Source: Phoronis australis (taxonomy: Eukaryota; Animalia; Phoronida). From it: 48,729 nt of DNA. Made by a program: the position numbers and the translations under genes. Under the pieces are notes generated by a model that was not told the DNA's origin, ran no database searches, and was given only the letters and a program-made list of their open reading frames with translations. The stretch is from NCBI GenBank assembly GCA_002633005.1, contig NMRA01000356.1, forward strand, positions 385,095-433,823, written 5' to 3'. Below, piece after piece: positions 37,901 to 48,729 of the stretch. The number at the start of each line of letters is the position of its first letter. Within the stretch, counting starts at the first letter, position 1.

Positions 37901-40900
37901 CCATTGCTTTGAAGCCATCAACAGTACTCGGTGACCTCTGCTTAAAGCACCAGAGAGCTACCACAAAACTTAGATAAAACTCAGAGGAGAAGTTGTGTTT
38001 TAATCCCGTCTTGACAAATTACCAAGTATAAACTGACAAATGACTCAGAATTCCGTCACCATGACAACTGTGGCACAATCGAGTGTTAAGTGCATGCCTC
38101 ATTTTTCAACAGAATCGACAAGTCATGGCGGGGATGTACTACACTGCTCCCAACACTATCACTTCTCAGTTTAAAGGCTAATGCCACCCGATTTAATTAG
38201 TCTTTTTTACCGTCTTAATCGGTCTGGGGCCACATCGGCTCGTACACGGTCGACCTTACCTTGCCGAGAGGTGTCGCGTTAGCCTGTGAGGAAGGTGAGA
38301 AAGTCCGCAGCGACGTCAGTGGTTCGTATGCAGAGTGAATTCCGCCACGGTGTGGTGTGTCGTTCCTGCCTGTTCGAACTATGAAGCGGCGAGGAAAGCG
38401 GGTACATCGGTTTTTCGATTTCCTCGAGAGCCCGAAATGCTTCGGAAGTGGCTCGCGGCAGCGAAAAAGGACAAGTACAGAGTTCATACCAAGTACGAGG
38501 CCGTGAAACATCTCCGTGTCTGTGGCCGACATTTCGTGGACAGTGATTTCACTGACGAATTCCGGCTTGCCAAACAGCTCATGCCAGGGCAGAAAAAGCA
38601 ACCGAGGCTGAAGTCAGATACTGTGCCTAGTGTGTTTGCGTTCGGCAGGCAGGAAGCAAAGAAACGTGGATCAGTTGTTTCCATNNNNNNNNNNNNNNNN
38701 NNNNNNNNNNNNNNNNNNNNNNNNNNNNNNNNNNNNNNNNNNNNNNNNNNNNNNNNNNNNNNNCGAAATTTGTTAGCTACGGTGTGTCCAAATACCAATA
38801 AATCCGTAACAATGAAATAAGACAACACGTTTTTATAAGAACTCGGTGTAATTTTAAGGGTTTTACATAGAAGTTTGATCATTTATTGGTGTTAAACGAT
38901 GAATTCAAGCGATAAGCTGACACCAGTTACCCGTGTTGTGAAGTGCTGAACAGACTGCGTGTGAAACCGATGACGTCAGTGGAAAATTTCATCACCTCCG
39001 TCTGCCGTCAGGTGTCAGGTAACGCAACCGTACGTGCCGCTATCGAGGAGAACTACTCAATCTAAATTGATACAAATTAGGTTGTTTTTTGGGTGGCATG
39101 CTCCTTTAACGTGAGAACACCCTATCACAAGGAATACATGTTAATGAGAAACGAGTGTTAAACAAGGCTGCCTGACTTCACTTCAAGTATAAACAATTAA
39201 GTGTTAAACAAGGCTGTCTGACTTCACTTCAACTATAAACAATTAAGTGTTAAACAAGGCTGTCTGACTTCACTTCAACTATAAACAATTAAGTGTTAAA
39301 CAAGTCTGTCTGACTTCACTTCAACTATAAACAATTAAGTGTTAAGGCTGTCTGACTTCACTTCAACTATAAACAATTAAGTGTTAAACAAGGCTGTCTG
39401 ACTTCACTTCAAGTATAAACAATTAAGTGTTAAACAAGTCTGTCTGACTTCACTTCAACTATAAACAATTAAGTGTTAAACAAGTCTGTCTGACTTCACT
39501 TCAACTATAAACAATTAAGTGTTAAACAAGTCTGTCTGACTTCACTTCAACTATAAACAATTAAGTGTTAAACAAGGCTGTCTGACTTCACTTCAAGTAT
39601 AAACAATTAAGTGTTAAACAAGGCTGTCTGACTTCACTTCAAGTATAAATCTAACCGACACAGGCACGCTTTAAAACATTAATTGTGAAGTGACACACTT
39701 TATGAGAGCTACATAAACAGCGGGACTATCATTATTTTTCAATGTCTCTGCAAGCTAACTTTTCTCTCACATGTTATCAGTGTTGCAGACGTGTGAATAA
39801 AAGAACGTTTTTGTGATAAACTCTGCACTTCAAGTTGTCATTTCTCAATTCATACATACGTAAGTAGTTGAGTGGGTTCCCGACAGTCAGCAGCATCAAA
39901 GTCTAGACCAGAGGGTTGGTTTATAAACACTTTCACCATCTTCGGCCCTTTATCTATAAATACCGGTAAAAGAATAAAATAAGACTTTACAACAACACAT
40001 TGTCCATAAATATGTAATGCTCCTTACTGAAACCATGAAGGTGAAAGATAGAATATCTATTGGCTACATTGTTGATAGTAACTAAACATCACATGATGCC
40101 AAAAGCATTTTCCTGAAATAGTCTTTGGCGCTGTGAAAATAAAAAAAACAACAATGCACCCACAAATGCAACACAAACGTGCTTCTAGGGCTGTTTATTT
40201 GTATTTCAAAAATAGCCACTAGATGGTGCAAAATATGTCGAATCCATCAGGAAACAGCAACATGTCATTGTTTCTTTAATTGAAAGCTATTTGCCAAATT
40301 TCATAAAAATCCATCAAGGAACTTTAGAGAAACAGAGGCAAATTGAAAAAAATGAAATTGTCACTAGCGTTTGTCGGATCCATCTGAAAGTTGTCGTCGT
40401 CTGTTGTCAACTTCACATAATACACTTGTTAAATTTAATTAAATGCAGCTATGGGCGCAAAAAATAACATACACTTGTTAAATTTAATTAAATGCAGCTA
40501 TGGGCACAAAAAAAAAAAACAAAACTGCCACTTGGAGGTGTCACCATATAAGCTTATTACGATGACAAAGTTTTCAAAATCATGAATTCATATTTTAAAA
40601 GTAAAGTTCTGATACCCAATTTAAAGTGAATACAAAAGTAAGGAGCTTTAAAGGCATGGAAACCCAATCTGATCACAAAAATAAGTGGCCAGATAAATGC
40701 TGGTCAAACAATGAAGTTGGAACATGCGTGCACTTGTATTTCAGAAACTGGGAACTAAACAAAACGAATTGACATCTGGAGTGTAATCAAACCTGGAGGG
40801 CCATGTATTTTGAGCGAGTGTAGCTTAATGTTTTGGTTGAACTGCACAGCGATGATGAGCTGTTCGTCACAATCAGACTCCAGGTAGCCTCCTCCACTCT

Positions 40901-42127
40901 TTAGACAGTGCTCCAGCGTGTGCTCCTCAGACTCGTTGAGACACTCACAGCCTGAATTGGCTATCAGATTGTTGAGACTCACCTGAGGGAGGAAGGCCAG
41001 GTTGTACTGATGACAGAACTGACAATATTGTAATGACAGGGACTGAAACTCGACACATGAACATAGCTACACTGTATTATTAATCACTTATGCAAATTTG
41101 CTACTTCAGCACATTAGTACACAACTCTTGACTACAAGGACTGCATGCTATTTTAGTTACTGACAAACATCAAGTGAGATTGGACAAAGACAGGCCTTGC
41201 CAGTCAGACCAACACAGAGCCAGTACATGAAAGTACTAACGTATCCCTTGACAGCAGGTGCATCACCCTCGTCTTGTCCTGCCCCACCACTCAAAGTTGC
41301 AATTTTCTGTTCCAAACTGGCCGGATCAGCACCCCTCAATTTCTCTACAGTCTGTTTGTTCCGCACAAAGACAAATGTTGGCATTGCCTCTATGCTATAT
41401 GCCTGAGCCACATTCTGGAAACGAGAAATTCATAATTTCGACGTCAGTATGATAAATAAACAATATCTACATGATTTTTCCTCTATAAACAGGGACATTT
41501 TTAAGTTTAAGCTAGCATTAACCTCAAGAACATGCATTTTGGCTATTTCCTCAAAACAGGCTGCATAGCATTTGACTGGGTTCAAACATTGGATTTAAAT
41601 TAACTTGACCTTTTTTCTAGGCTTTTTTCTAGCCTGACCAATCACTAATGAAAAAACCTAACACAAGAGTCATGTTCCAAACAAAATGTAGTGGCACCAC
41701 TCAAATTGTTGTCAACTTGCTCACAATGTTGTACTTTTCATAGGCACTTATGCTGCCACTTGAGATGTAGTTTATGTTTGACATATGCAGAATATTCTGT
41801 ATTTGCAGCAGATGTGCTAATCACAGCACTTGAATTTGTTGCACAGTGAGAAACAAAGTATTTGTGCATCCACTATTGATAGCTCTTTACATGTCTGACT
41901 CAAGTAACTTATATTTTGAAAACTACACATGCCCCAGAAAACATTTCAATTCTGCAAAGAATAATTTGGGCACACGTTAAGAGAAAGTTTGCCACAATTA
42001 CTTCAAAAATGATTAATAAATGAGTATTACCGGAAGTTTATCCACATCCACTTTCAAGAACACAACATTCAGGTATGTATTAGAAAGTTCTAAGAATTTT
42101 GGCGCAATATTTCGGCATGGTCCACAC
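34951..42127 (-). CDS. TXNL1: Thioredoxin-like protein 1 (thioredoxin + PITH domain), spliced; complement join(42031-42127,41241-41414,40793-40982,39860-39953,36596-36674,35711-35815,34951-34980); first coding exon not found
   Basis: CGPC active site, FLKVDVD, AMPTF, PITH motifs GCECLNE / [10 protein letters not shown] / FINQP..LDFD / LRFVKFQNV / TNMSDFKR, C-terminus IAGKAGEGH*; GT-AG introns with compatible phases. Confidence 0.96.
35711..35815 (-). CDS. TXNL1: TXNL1 exon ([35 protein letters not shown])
   Basis: ttccag| ... CGA|gtaagt; 105 nt. Confidence 0.95.
36596..36674 (-). CDS. TXNL1: TXNL1 exon ([26 protein letters not shown])
   Basis: ttccag| ... ATT|gtaagt; 79 nt. Confidence 0.94.
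37000..37890. mobile_element. Kolobok-type element with ~300-bp inverted arms, each carrying a THAP start
   Basis: TTAA at 36996-36999 and 37891-37894; arms aagtgaaggcaacctttttt / aaaaaaggttgccttcgcct; [10 protein letters not shown] (+, 37265) and [10 protein letters not shown] (-, 37640). Confidence 0.8.
38175..39105 (+). mobile_element. Kolobok-type DNA transposon copy B (same family as 4732-6254), intact THAP domain, spans an assembly gap
   Basis: TTAA TSD (38171-38174, 39106-39109); TIR AGGCTAATGCCACCC / GGGTGGCATGCTCCT; THAP CVVPAC..FRFP..W..VCGRHF..TVPSVF. Confidence 0.88.
38685..38763. other. Assembly gap (79 N)
   Basis: Run of n. Confidence 1.
39154..39649. repeat. 46-bp minisatellite, ~11 units
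   Basis: agtgttaaacaaggctgtctgacttcacttcaactataaacaatta repeated; one unit has a 4-bp deletion. Confidence 0.95.
39860..39953 (-). CDS. TXNL1: TXNL1 exon ([30 protein letters not shown])
   Basis: ttatag| ... AC|gtatgt; 94 nt. Confidence 0.93.
40146..40545 (-). mobile_element. 3' fragment of the Helentron/DINE-like family of 7428-8740, opposite orientation
   Basis: cccacaaatg..gtgcttctaggg..tgtttatttg..aaaaatagccactagatggtg is the reverse complement of about 8640-8710; includes a 49-bp local duplication. Confidence 0.75.
40793..40982 (-). CDS. TXNL1: TXNL1 exon ([17 protein letters not shown]...[11 protein letters not shown])
   Basis: ccctcag| ... G|gtttga; 190 nt. Confidence 0.95.
41241..41414 (-). 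CDS. TXNL1: TXNL1 exon ([14 protein letters not shown]...AVKGY)
   Basis: ttccag| ... TAC|gttagt; 174 nt. Confidence 0.95.
42031..42127 (-). CDS. TXNL1: TXNL1 exon ([32 protein letters not shown])
   Basis: tttcag|G TGT GGA CCA TGC ... CCG|gtaata; 97 nt. Confidence 0.95.
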
Positions 42128-45100
42128 CTGAAATAAAAATGCAAAGGTAACACCCTAAATCAAGAAATACTTAATGCAGTCAGGTGAAAATCATATAATG
42201 TGAAGTTCCATTAGTAAATATAGTTTCCTGCCATCATAGATAATTGATTTATAAAAGTTTTGAAAAAATAAAAAGGTCAGACGCAGTCATAGATTACTGT
42301 ATACAATATACACAGTTTCACATTACAACACATCTTACTTTTTCTTCTCATCCAAGACGTTATTTTCCACCATGATCAAATACAACATGTGCATGTGTCT
42401 CTTCACATTTTGTTGTGTTGTTTAACATTATTGATTATATAATAAGCCATATTCTTAACATAGAACTCATGAATATTAATTTCTCGCTAAAATGAGGCTT
42501 GAACAGTATGAGGTATTGTTTACATTCCAATCGCTTCAAAGCAAAGTTTGTACCCCAAATTCGCCAAGTCAAAAACAATTTCCACAGCACTGGATAGCGT
42601 TAATTAGTCTGACATAAAAAGTATCACCTTGGCGCTCACGTGTGACTTATGATTATCTCATGTAGCCTTGAAGAGCGTAACATCTCCAATTTACTTTTCC
42701 GAGAATGCGCACGTGCACATCACTCTATGCAATGGTGCTTTGGATAAGGCGGGTTTTTGGTTTTGGCAAATAAATTAGGAAACCTTTTTTTCAGTTAAAA
42801 ATTGAAAAATGACACCTAAAGAAACCCAGTATTGATTTTTAAACCTTGTTCCAATTCTGATTTCAATAAATATTATTTTAAAAAGATTCTATGTTTCCAT
42901 TTTTATAGCTGACTTCCACACACACTTCAGTTCTGTGGTTATGACAAATACATGTGCTTCAATTATGTTCCCAGCTTTTGACCGAGGTATGAACAAACAA
43001 GGCACGGTTGAGCCCCCTGGCATACAGTGACAGAGGGACGGCAGGCATCCTTACATGAAAGTTCACTCCATGTGCCCTTCCCCATCAACAGTTCAATAAA
43101 ACTTACTTTGCCATTGGAGAATCTTTAATGAATGACCGCAGTGGACAGGAACAACCCACTGGGCAATTTAACGAGATATTGTGGTTTAGGGTTTATCCCA
43201 CAAAGCATTGAAATCTGTTTTCGAGACAAACCATTTTTTAACAACTGCTAAATAACCAAAAAGAGTGCGTCCTGGGTTCATGTGACCACCCTTCCATTGA
43301 CGTATGACCGACTGAATGAGCGATAATCGAAATAGTCCATCGTTCGTTTTAAGTCAAGCTTCTCTACCTGGTTACAGTGATTCTCGATTCCCATTTTTAC
43401 TGCGCCTGTCAGAAGCACGCAGTGTTATGGCAACTTGCAAGTGAACGAAGAACTCTTCGATGAGAAAGTTTAATTACTAGAGTATTTATTCGAGTTGGAA
43501 GGAATTAAAGACATCAAAGGCCTCCTAAGGTGTCCCTCTATGCACAAAAAGTACTTATAACAATATAACTTTATTGTTTTAATCAGTATCAGGCATAATT
43601 CGTCGAACAGCTCCTATAGAAGCTTCACTGTCTTTACTGGTGCCAACTAGAGATGGTAGTCACTGTCTAGCTGGGGTTTAGCACAGGCACCTTTAATCAG
43701 CCGCTCGTATGAATATTAAGTTGAATATGGATACTTGTAATTAATGATTTGAAGTGTATTTTTAACTGTCCCATTAATTTTAATATGTGAGAGCTCGCCT
43801 GCTTGTCGGTCATATTAGATCGCCCTTGTAAATCTTCTATACAATATAGTGCATAATGGTGAGCGACTGATGAAAGTGTCTCTGGGTTTAGTCAGCCAGC
43901 TAGCTGTATGAACACTATCGTCATAACACAGCTAGGTACCACTGTGTATTGAGCTCCGTTAGACCCCGAAATTTCACACAGCCCGAGTAGTTTTGCTAAT
44001 CACCTCAACATGTAGAGCTAACGAACAGTAGGGATGCATGCAAAATCTGGGAGTAAACTGACACTCACCTTGCCCATTGCAGCCGTTAAAGTGAAAAACA
44101 ATCTAATAAATAAATAAATGTCATTTTCTTGCATAATTCTCTGCCTTTTGTAACAAAGAAAAGTCTGTCATCGTTTTAAAAACAGTACGCTTGTGAAATG
44201 CACATGCACCATTTCCTAAATTTTTACGACATTTCTCGGGAGATGACAGCTTCGAAGCAGCAAAATTTGTTCTGAAGTTTGGTTTACTGGAATTAAAATA
44301 CTAAAAACTTGAAATGAAATGAAGCCAACCATTCAAAGCGTCGATTAATACAATACCTGTTTACATATACATCATTTTTAAAGTTCCTACTCATATTTTG
44401 GCCAAAAACAAATGTGACAAATGAAACCAGTTTCGACAATTTGTTGTAACATGTATGCAATCTCATTGAAGAAGAACTGTTGATTGAAGAATCGGCAAAA
44501 AAGAAAAGAAACTGGTCAACAGGTGATGCAATATTTCATGACACCAAAGGCAGACGCAAAAGATTGCCCCACAATGTGAGCAGCACAATATAGCCGGTAG
44601 AACGCCATTTTTTCCAGCACCAGTAAATTATTCAGTTCACTCAAGGAAGAGTGAAGTTTTTAACAACACTAATTTTGTGTCACATTTGATACGGTCATTT
44701 TTTTACCGACATAGGCGCAAAGTTGTATATTTAGTATATTGGCCACGTCTCTGCAAAAAAACTCATGCAAAGTATTATTAAACGGATTTTGTGACGATAA
44801 AAGACTACCACTTAAGTAAAATAAAGTGTTATTTCATACTTTGAAATTATGTTTATTCACATCTATTGAGAGATTTTTGCCGATAATGTACTATGAATTT
44901 TAGACAGTGACAGATCGACATTAATGCGTGGCTCTTACTCTTAGCACTAGCAGTCTTAGCTATAGCCTTGTGCAAAGGTATATACTAAATATACAGCTTT
45001 GCACCGATGTGGATAAAAAAGTGGTAAGATATAATCTGACTCATAATTAGTGACATTAAAAACTACAGTCTTCCTTGAGTAAACTAACGGTGTTGGAAAA

Positions 45101-45635
45101 AATGTTGTTCTACCATTATTCTGCTGCCGAAGTTGTGGAGCGCTCTTTAGCAACGGCTTTCGGTGCCATGAAATATTGCGTCACTTATTGGCTAGTTTTT
45201 TTTTTCGCCGATTCTTCAATCAACTGTTCTTCTTTCACGAGGTTGCGTACACATCACAACAAATTATTGGAAATAGTTTCACTTCATTATAAGTTTTTAG
45301 AATTTTTATACAGAAAAATCGAACTTCAGAAGAAACTTTACTATCATCATCTCCCAAGAGATGTCGCAAAAATTTAGGAAATGGAGCCTGAACGTGACAC
45401 GAGCGTACTGTTTTCAAAACGACAACATACTTTTCGTTATTAGAAAAGGTGGAGAGTTATGCAAGAAAACAACGTTTATTGCATTGTTTTTCAACGGCTG
45501 TAACGGGCAACGTGTCGGTTGACTCCCAGACTTTGCATGCACCACCCCGTCTGGTCTTTAGCTTTACATGTTGATACAAGTTTCATGGCGAGATGACGAG
45601 CAGAACTACCCTGGCTGTGGGGGCTACACACAGTG

Positions 45636-48281
45636 CTGGGCTCGACGCTTTTCAAATCGCCAGGTCCCATTTTGCAACCTAGCCAAAATCTCAGGTCGCA
45701 TATTCAAATTCAGCTCGCATTCATAAATGCCAGGTCGCAGAAATTTCCCGCCATTTTTACGCTCCCAAATTGATTTTTTATATCACTGAGAAAATGTTTA
45801 GATCAGTGGCAGATCTAGGATACCATAAGGGGGGGGCAAACATCCTCGGGGAATCGGTCAAAAGGTCGATAGGTCGATTGTACGTGCACACAGGTGGCCC
45901 GAAAGGTCAGGGCAGAGGATATAGACTGAAAATCTATCACTGGACTAAAAAAAAACAAAAACGGGAACACGTCTTTCTCCTTTATCCGCTACCGGTCCTA
46001 GCTCCTGAACTCAGTATTTCCTCACGCTTCACACTGTTTCAATTTGTTTGCGGCAGCCAAGCAGGGAGGGCCGGGCCCCCTGCCCCCCCCCCCCCCCTAA
46101 ATCCGCCCATGTTAGATTATGCTCTTGCAGCGTTAAATACTGACAAATTTCAGATCGCAAAATTGAGTTCATTCATGCAGTATTACTGATCTTCATGACC
46201 GCCATTGAAAGGCTCTAAAGCGCAAGGCAAGTTGCCGACGTAAAAGATGAAGTAGTGCTTTCTGACACATGCATTTGAGTAGTTAAGTTTGCGATGTGAA
46301 AAGGTAGAAAATGCCCGTTGAAAAAGTATCCGCGATTTTGCTAGGTCTGACCTGCTACTGGCTGTCATCAAAGTCGTTAAAGATCCAAACTAACTGGGGA
46401 GTGCAAATTCTCTCCACTTTTTGTTCGCAACCCAAATTTTGCAACTTAACTCGACGTTTGAAAAACATCCGCCAAAAAACGTGAAACAATGTCCTAACTG
46501 AATGACGTATTTGGATGCGCGGGAACAATTCAGAGCAAATTTCACAACAAAAATGTGATACTTATGCTGTTTACGTACTCAACAATTAGTTTTCTATGAA
46601 ATGAATAGCCTCGAAATAATTCCCGACTCCGTGCGGGATTCCATCGCGTAATTAGAGTTTGCTCCTCAATACCTTCCAAGTACTGGAAAAATAGGTCAGT
46701 CACGAAATGACAACCGTGTCACTAGTGTTAAAATTCTTTTGGAGGTATAAAACAAAGCCGGGATTTGGTTTTTACATATTGAGAAAAGATGTTTTTGAAA
46801 ATTGAATTTGTTGTGTAAAATGAGAGTGACACACTATATAGGCTGCGTGTCAATTTTAAACCACGTGCGCTATGATGGGCGCTAGCCTGAACTGTGGGCG
46901 CTTAATTGAAAATTCTCAAAGGTTGAGGGGGAACGCTTAGTAAATCAGTGAGCGCTTATTACAAAACACTTCAAAGGTAGTGAGTAGGCTTGTGCGTGAG
47001 CATTGTCGTTAACCTGAGTGTTTGCGGTAATAAGATACTAAAAGACTGCAGTGGTAAGAAACGTTATTAATAATACGATTTTGCGACACAAACTCCATCG
47101 AGTATAGGGGTGACTTTTTGAATATCGTTACCACCTACATTGTACCCTTTTTAGCCACCCAGAATAATTTTGTTTTTAATTGCCCACTTCAGCTGGAACA
47201 AAATTGTTTCTATTGGAGTCAGAACATTTTACCGCAAAGGTGGCCCGGGGATTGAAAACTTGCCAGGGGGGTATATGAAGAGAAGAATAGAAATTTCGCT
47301 GACCACAATATCACATCTAGTACCCGTTTAGTTACAATAGCTGGCTACGGGCATAGAATATAGGGTTTAGGGAACATCAACCTCGGGAAACATCGTCACA
47401 GGAAATATCAGTTCTTGGGTTATATCGGTCCCGAGGAGTATCGTAAAGCATCGGGTCTTTTATAACCGCCAGGAATCTATGAGTTCATTTTCAAATAAAC
47501 TATTGGCACGTACCCAGGTGCTTAACAGAGCCAAGCAGGTATACTCTTTCATTTAGGACTGTAGCTGTTCTCTTTTGATGTGCAGCTTTGAAGTGGTGCG
47601 CACGCATGAGTTCACGCACTTGAATCGCTGGAGTAAGCCTACACTTTACGTTGTCATAAGCAAAAAACGAGACGCACATCTCTAAGCCACGGTTGTCTGC
47701 CGGGATCACTTGCGCGCTAACAACGGGACCGATCAGTGTCGCAGTGCCGGCAACATCAGGTGTATATTTGGTACATGTAATAAGGACATTTTACGTGAAA
47801 AATAAACATATTTGTCCACCACAAAGTTTGATAAGTTGATCGCTTAAGAATTAGTAGAAACACCACCGTTTTGTGACATTTTATCAAGTGTTATGCAGTG
47901 GCCTGAAACTTTCCGGCCCGAATCCGGAAATTTGCAAAAGTGGACGAAAATGTTAGTCAATGAAACGCGTCAAAGATCGATTCTGCATATCCCATGTTCA
48001 CGCGACTTGCTTACATGTAAGCCTACAAGTCATCGGGAGGGCTGTTCTCGCTTGGTGTTCTTTTGAACTTGGATTTGGCAACAACCAAATAATTGTCGGA
48101 TTAACAAGAGTTGCTTTATAATTGCCAGGTATCTGCCCAGAAGTGTAAAAACTTAAAGCTCGCATACTTTGGAAATTTCAGGTCGCATTTAGCGGCTTGA
48201 TACGAGATGACAAAAATCTCAGCTCGCATTTCCAAATTTCAGATCGCAAATGTGACCTACAGCTCTTTATGTCGAGCCCTG
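45636..48281. mobile_element. hAT-like non-autonomous element with a 5-bp TSD
   Basis: CAGTG|CTGGGCTCGAC ... GTCGAGCCCTG|CAGTG; subterminal ag(g/c/a)tcgca repeats at both ends; empty site visible in the opposite arm (about 43939-43948). Confidence 0.75.
45804..46111. mobile_element. Small hAT-like MITE with G/C tracts, nested in the 45636-48281 element
   Basis: TTAGAT|CAGTGGCAGATCTAGG..poly-G ... poly-C..TAAATCCGCCCATG|TTAGAT. Confidence 0.65.
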
Positions 48282-48439
48282 CAGTGGTACTTAGCTGTAC
48301 TATGACGACAGTCTTCATACAGCTAGCTAGGCAATGACCATCGCCTCTGTTGGCCCGAACCAGAGGCGATGCGCAGTATGAAAATGGTGAGTTCACGATT
48401 TTGGGAACTGAAATAGGGACTGCTTGAAGAAAAAGTTTC

Positions 48440-48560
48440 ATAACGGGAGTATCGTCCGGTTACCTATTTTCGTCAGGCTCCAAAGTTCGTCCGCCATCTT
48501 GTTTCGCGTGCAGCGCAACCACGCGGGACTTAGCGTTCCAATTTGGAGTTCTCGTCTGCA
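48440..48560 (-). promoter_or_regulatory. CpG-rich segment with a YY1-type motif (CAAGATGGCGG on -) followed by a donor-like site; possible promoter/first exon
   Basis: ccgccatcttg at 48491-48501; - strand AAATAG|gtaacc near 48463; locally high CpG density. Confidence 0.4.
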
Positions 48561-48729
48561 CGTTAGGTACTAACTTATCGGAAGAGACACGTATCAAAGT
48601 AATGAGACAAAAATCGGTGAGTTTACCGATTGTTTTTTAAAACCACTTAAAAATCAGTAGATTTTACTAATACACTTTTTTGTGCGTTTTCAGAAGATGT
48701 TTTCGAATTTAAATTTTCTTCCGACGGGA

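Larger units (their letters stand above)
43898..48328. mobile_element. Long imperfect inverted-repeat structure (arms about 43898-44740 and about 44980-45635 + 48282-48328)
   Basis: agctagctgtatgaacactatcgtcata / tatgacgacagtcttcatacagctagct ends; colinear inverted similarity over roughly 800 bp. Confidence 0.7.

Noticed and set aside
38335-38684. THAP ORF as a domesticated host gene
   Set aside because: It lies between TIRs and TTAA duplications, has a decayed sibling copy, and lacks an ATG at the expected start.
39154-39649. CRISPR-like appearance of this and the other arrays
   Set aside because: Units are head-to-tail with no unique spacers, there are no cas genes, and the context is eukaryotic introns.

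Overview
AT-rich animal genomic DNA; the repeat types and gene orthology suggest an invertebrate (inference). Two intron-rich genes converge tail to tail. On +, a class I facilitative glucose transporter (SLC2A/GLUT1-like): 11 coding exons at 9835-31782 splice via GT-AG introns into one 1515-nt frame; its short first coding exon is not securely located. On -, TXNL1 (thioredoxin CGPC + PITH domain): 7 coding exons at 42127-34951; its first coding exon was not found. The introns are packed with transposon debris: three Kolobok-type families (TTAA target duplications, THAP remnants), a 4.3-kb TA-flanked TIR element inside a 78-bp minisatellite, two adjacent L1/Tx1-like LINE fragments, a Helentron/DINE-like element carrying eight regularly spaced CTCF-like motifs, piggyBac-, mariner-, Harbinger- and hAT-like MITEs, a three-level nested insertion, four minisatellites and a 184-bp palindrome. 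There is one 79-N assembly gap. I see no prokaryotic system, CRISPR array, tRNA or rRNA, and I cannot support a clearly new biological system. The best leads are the transposon-borne CTCF-motif array and a Kolobok element built from two 5' ends.
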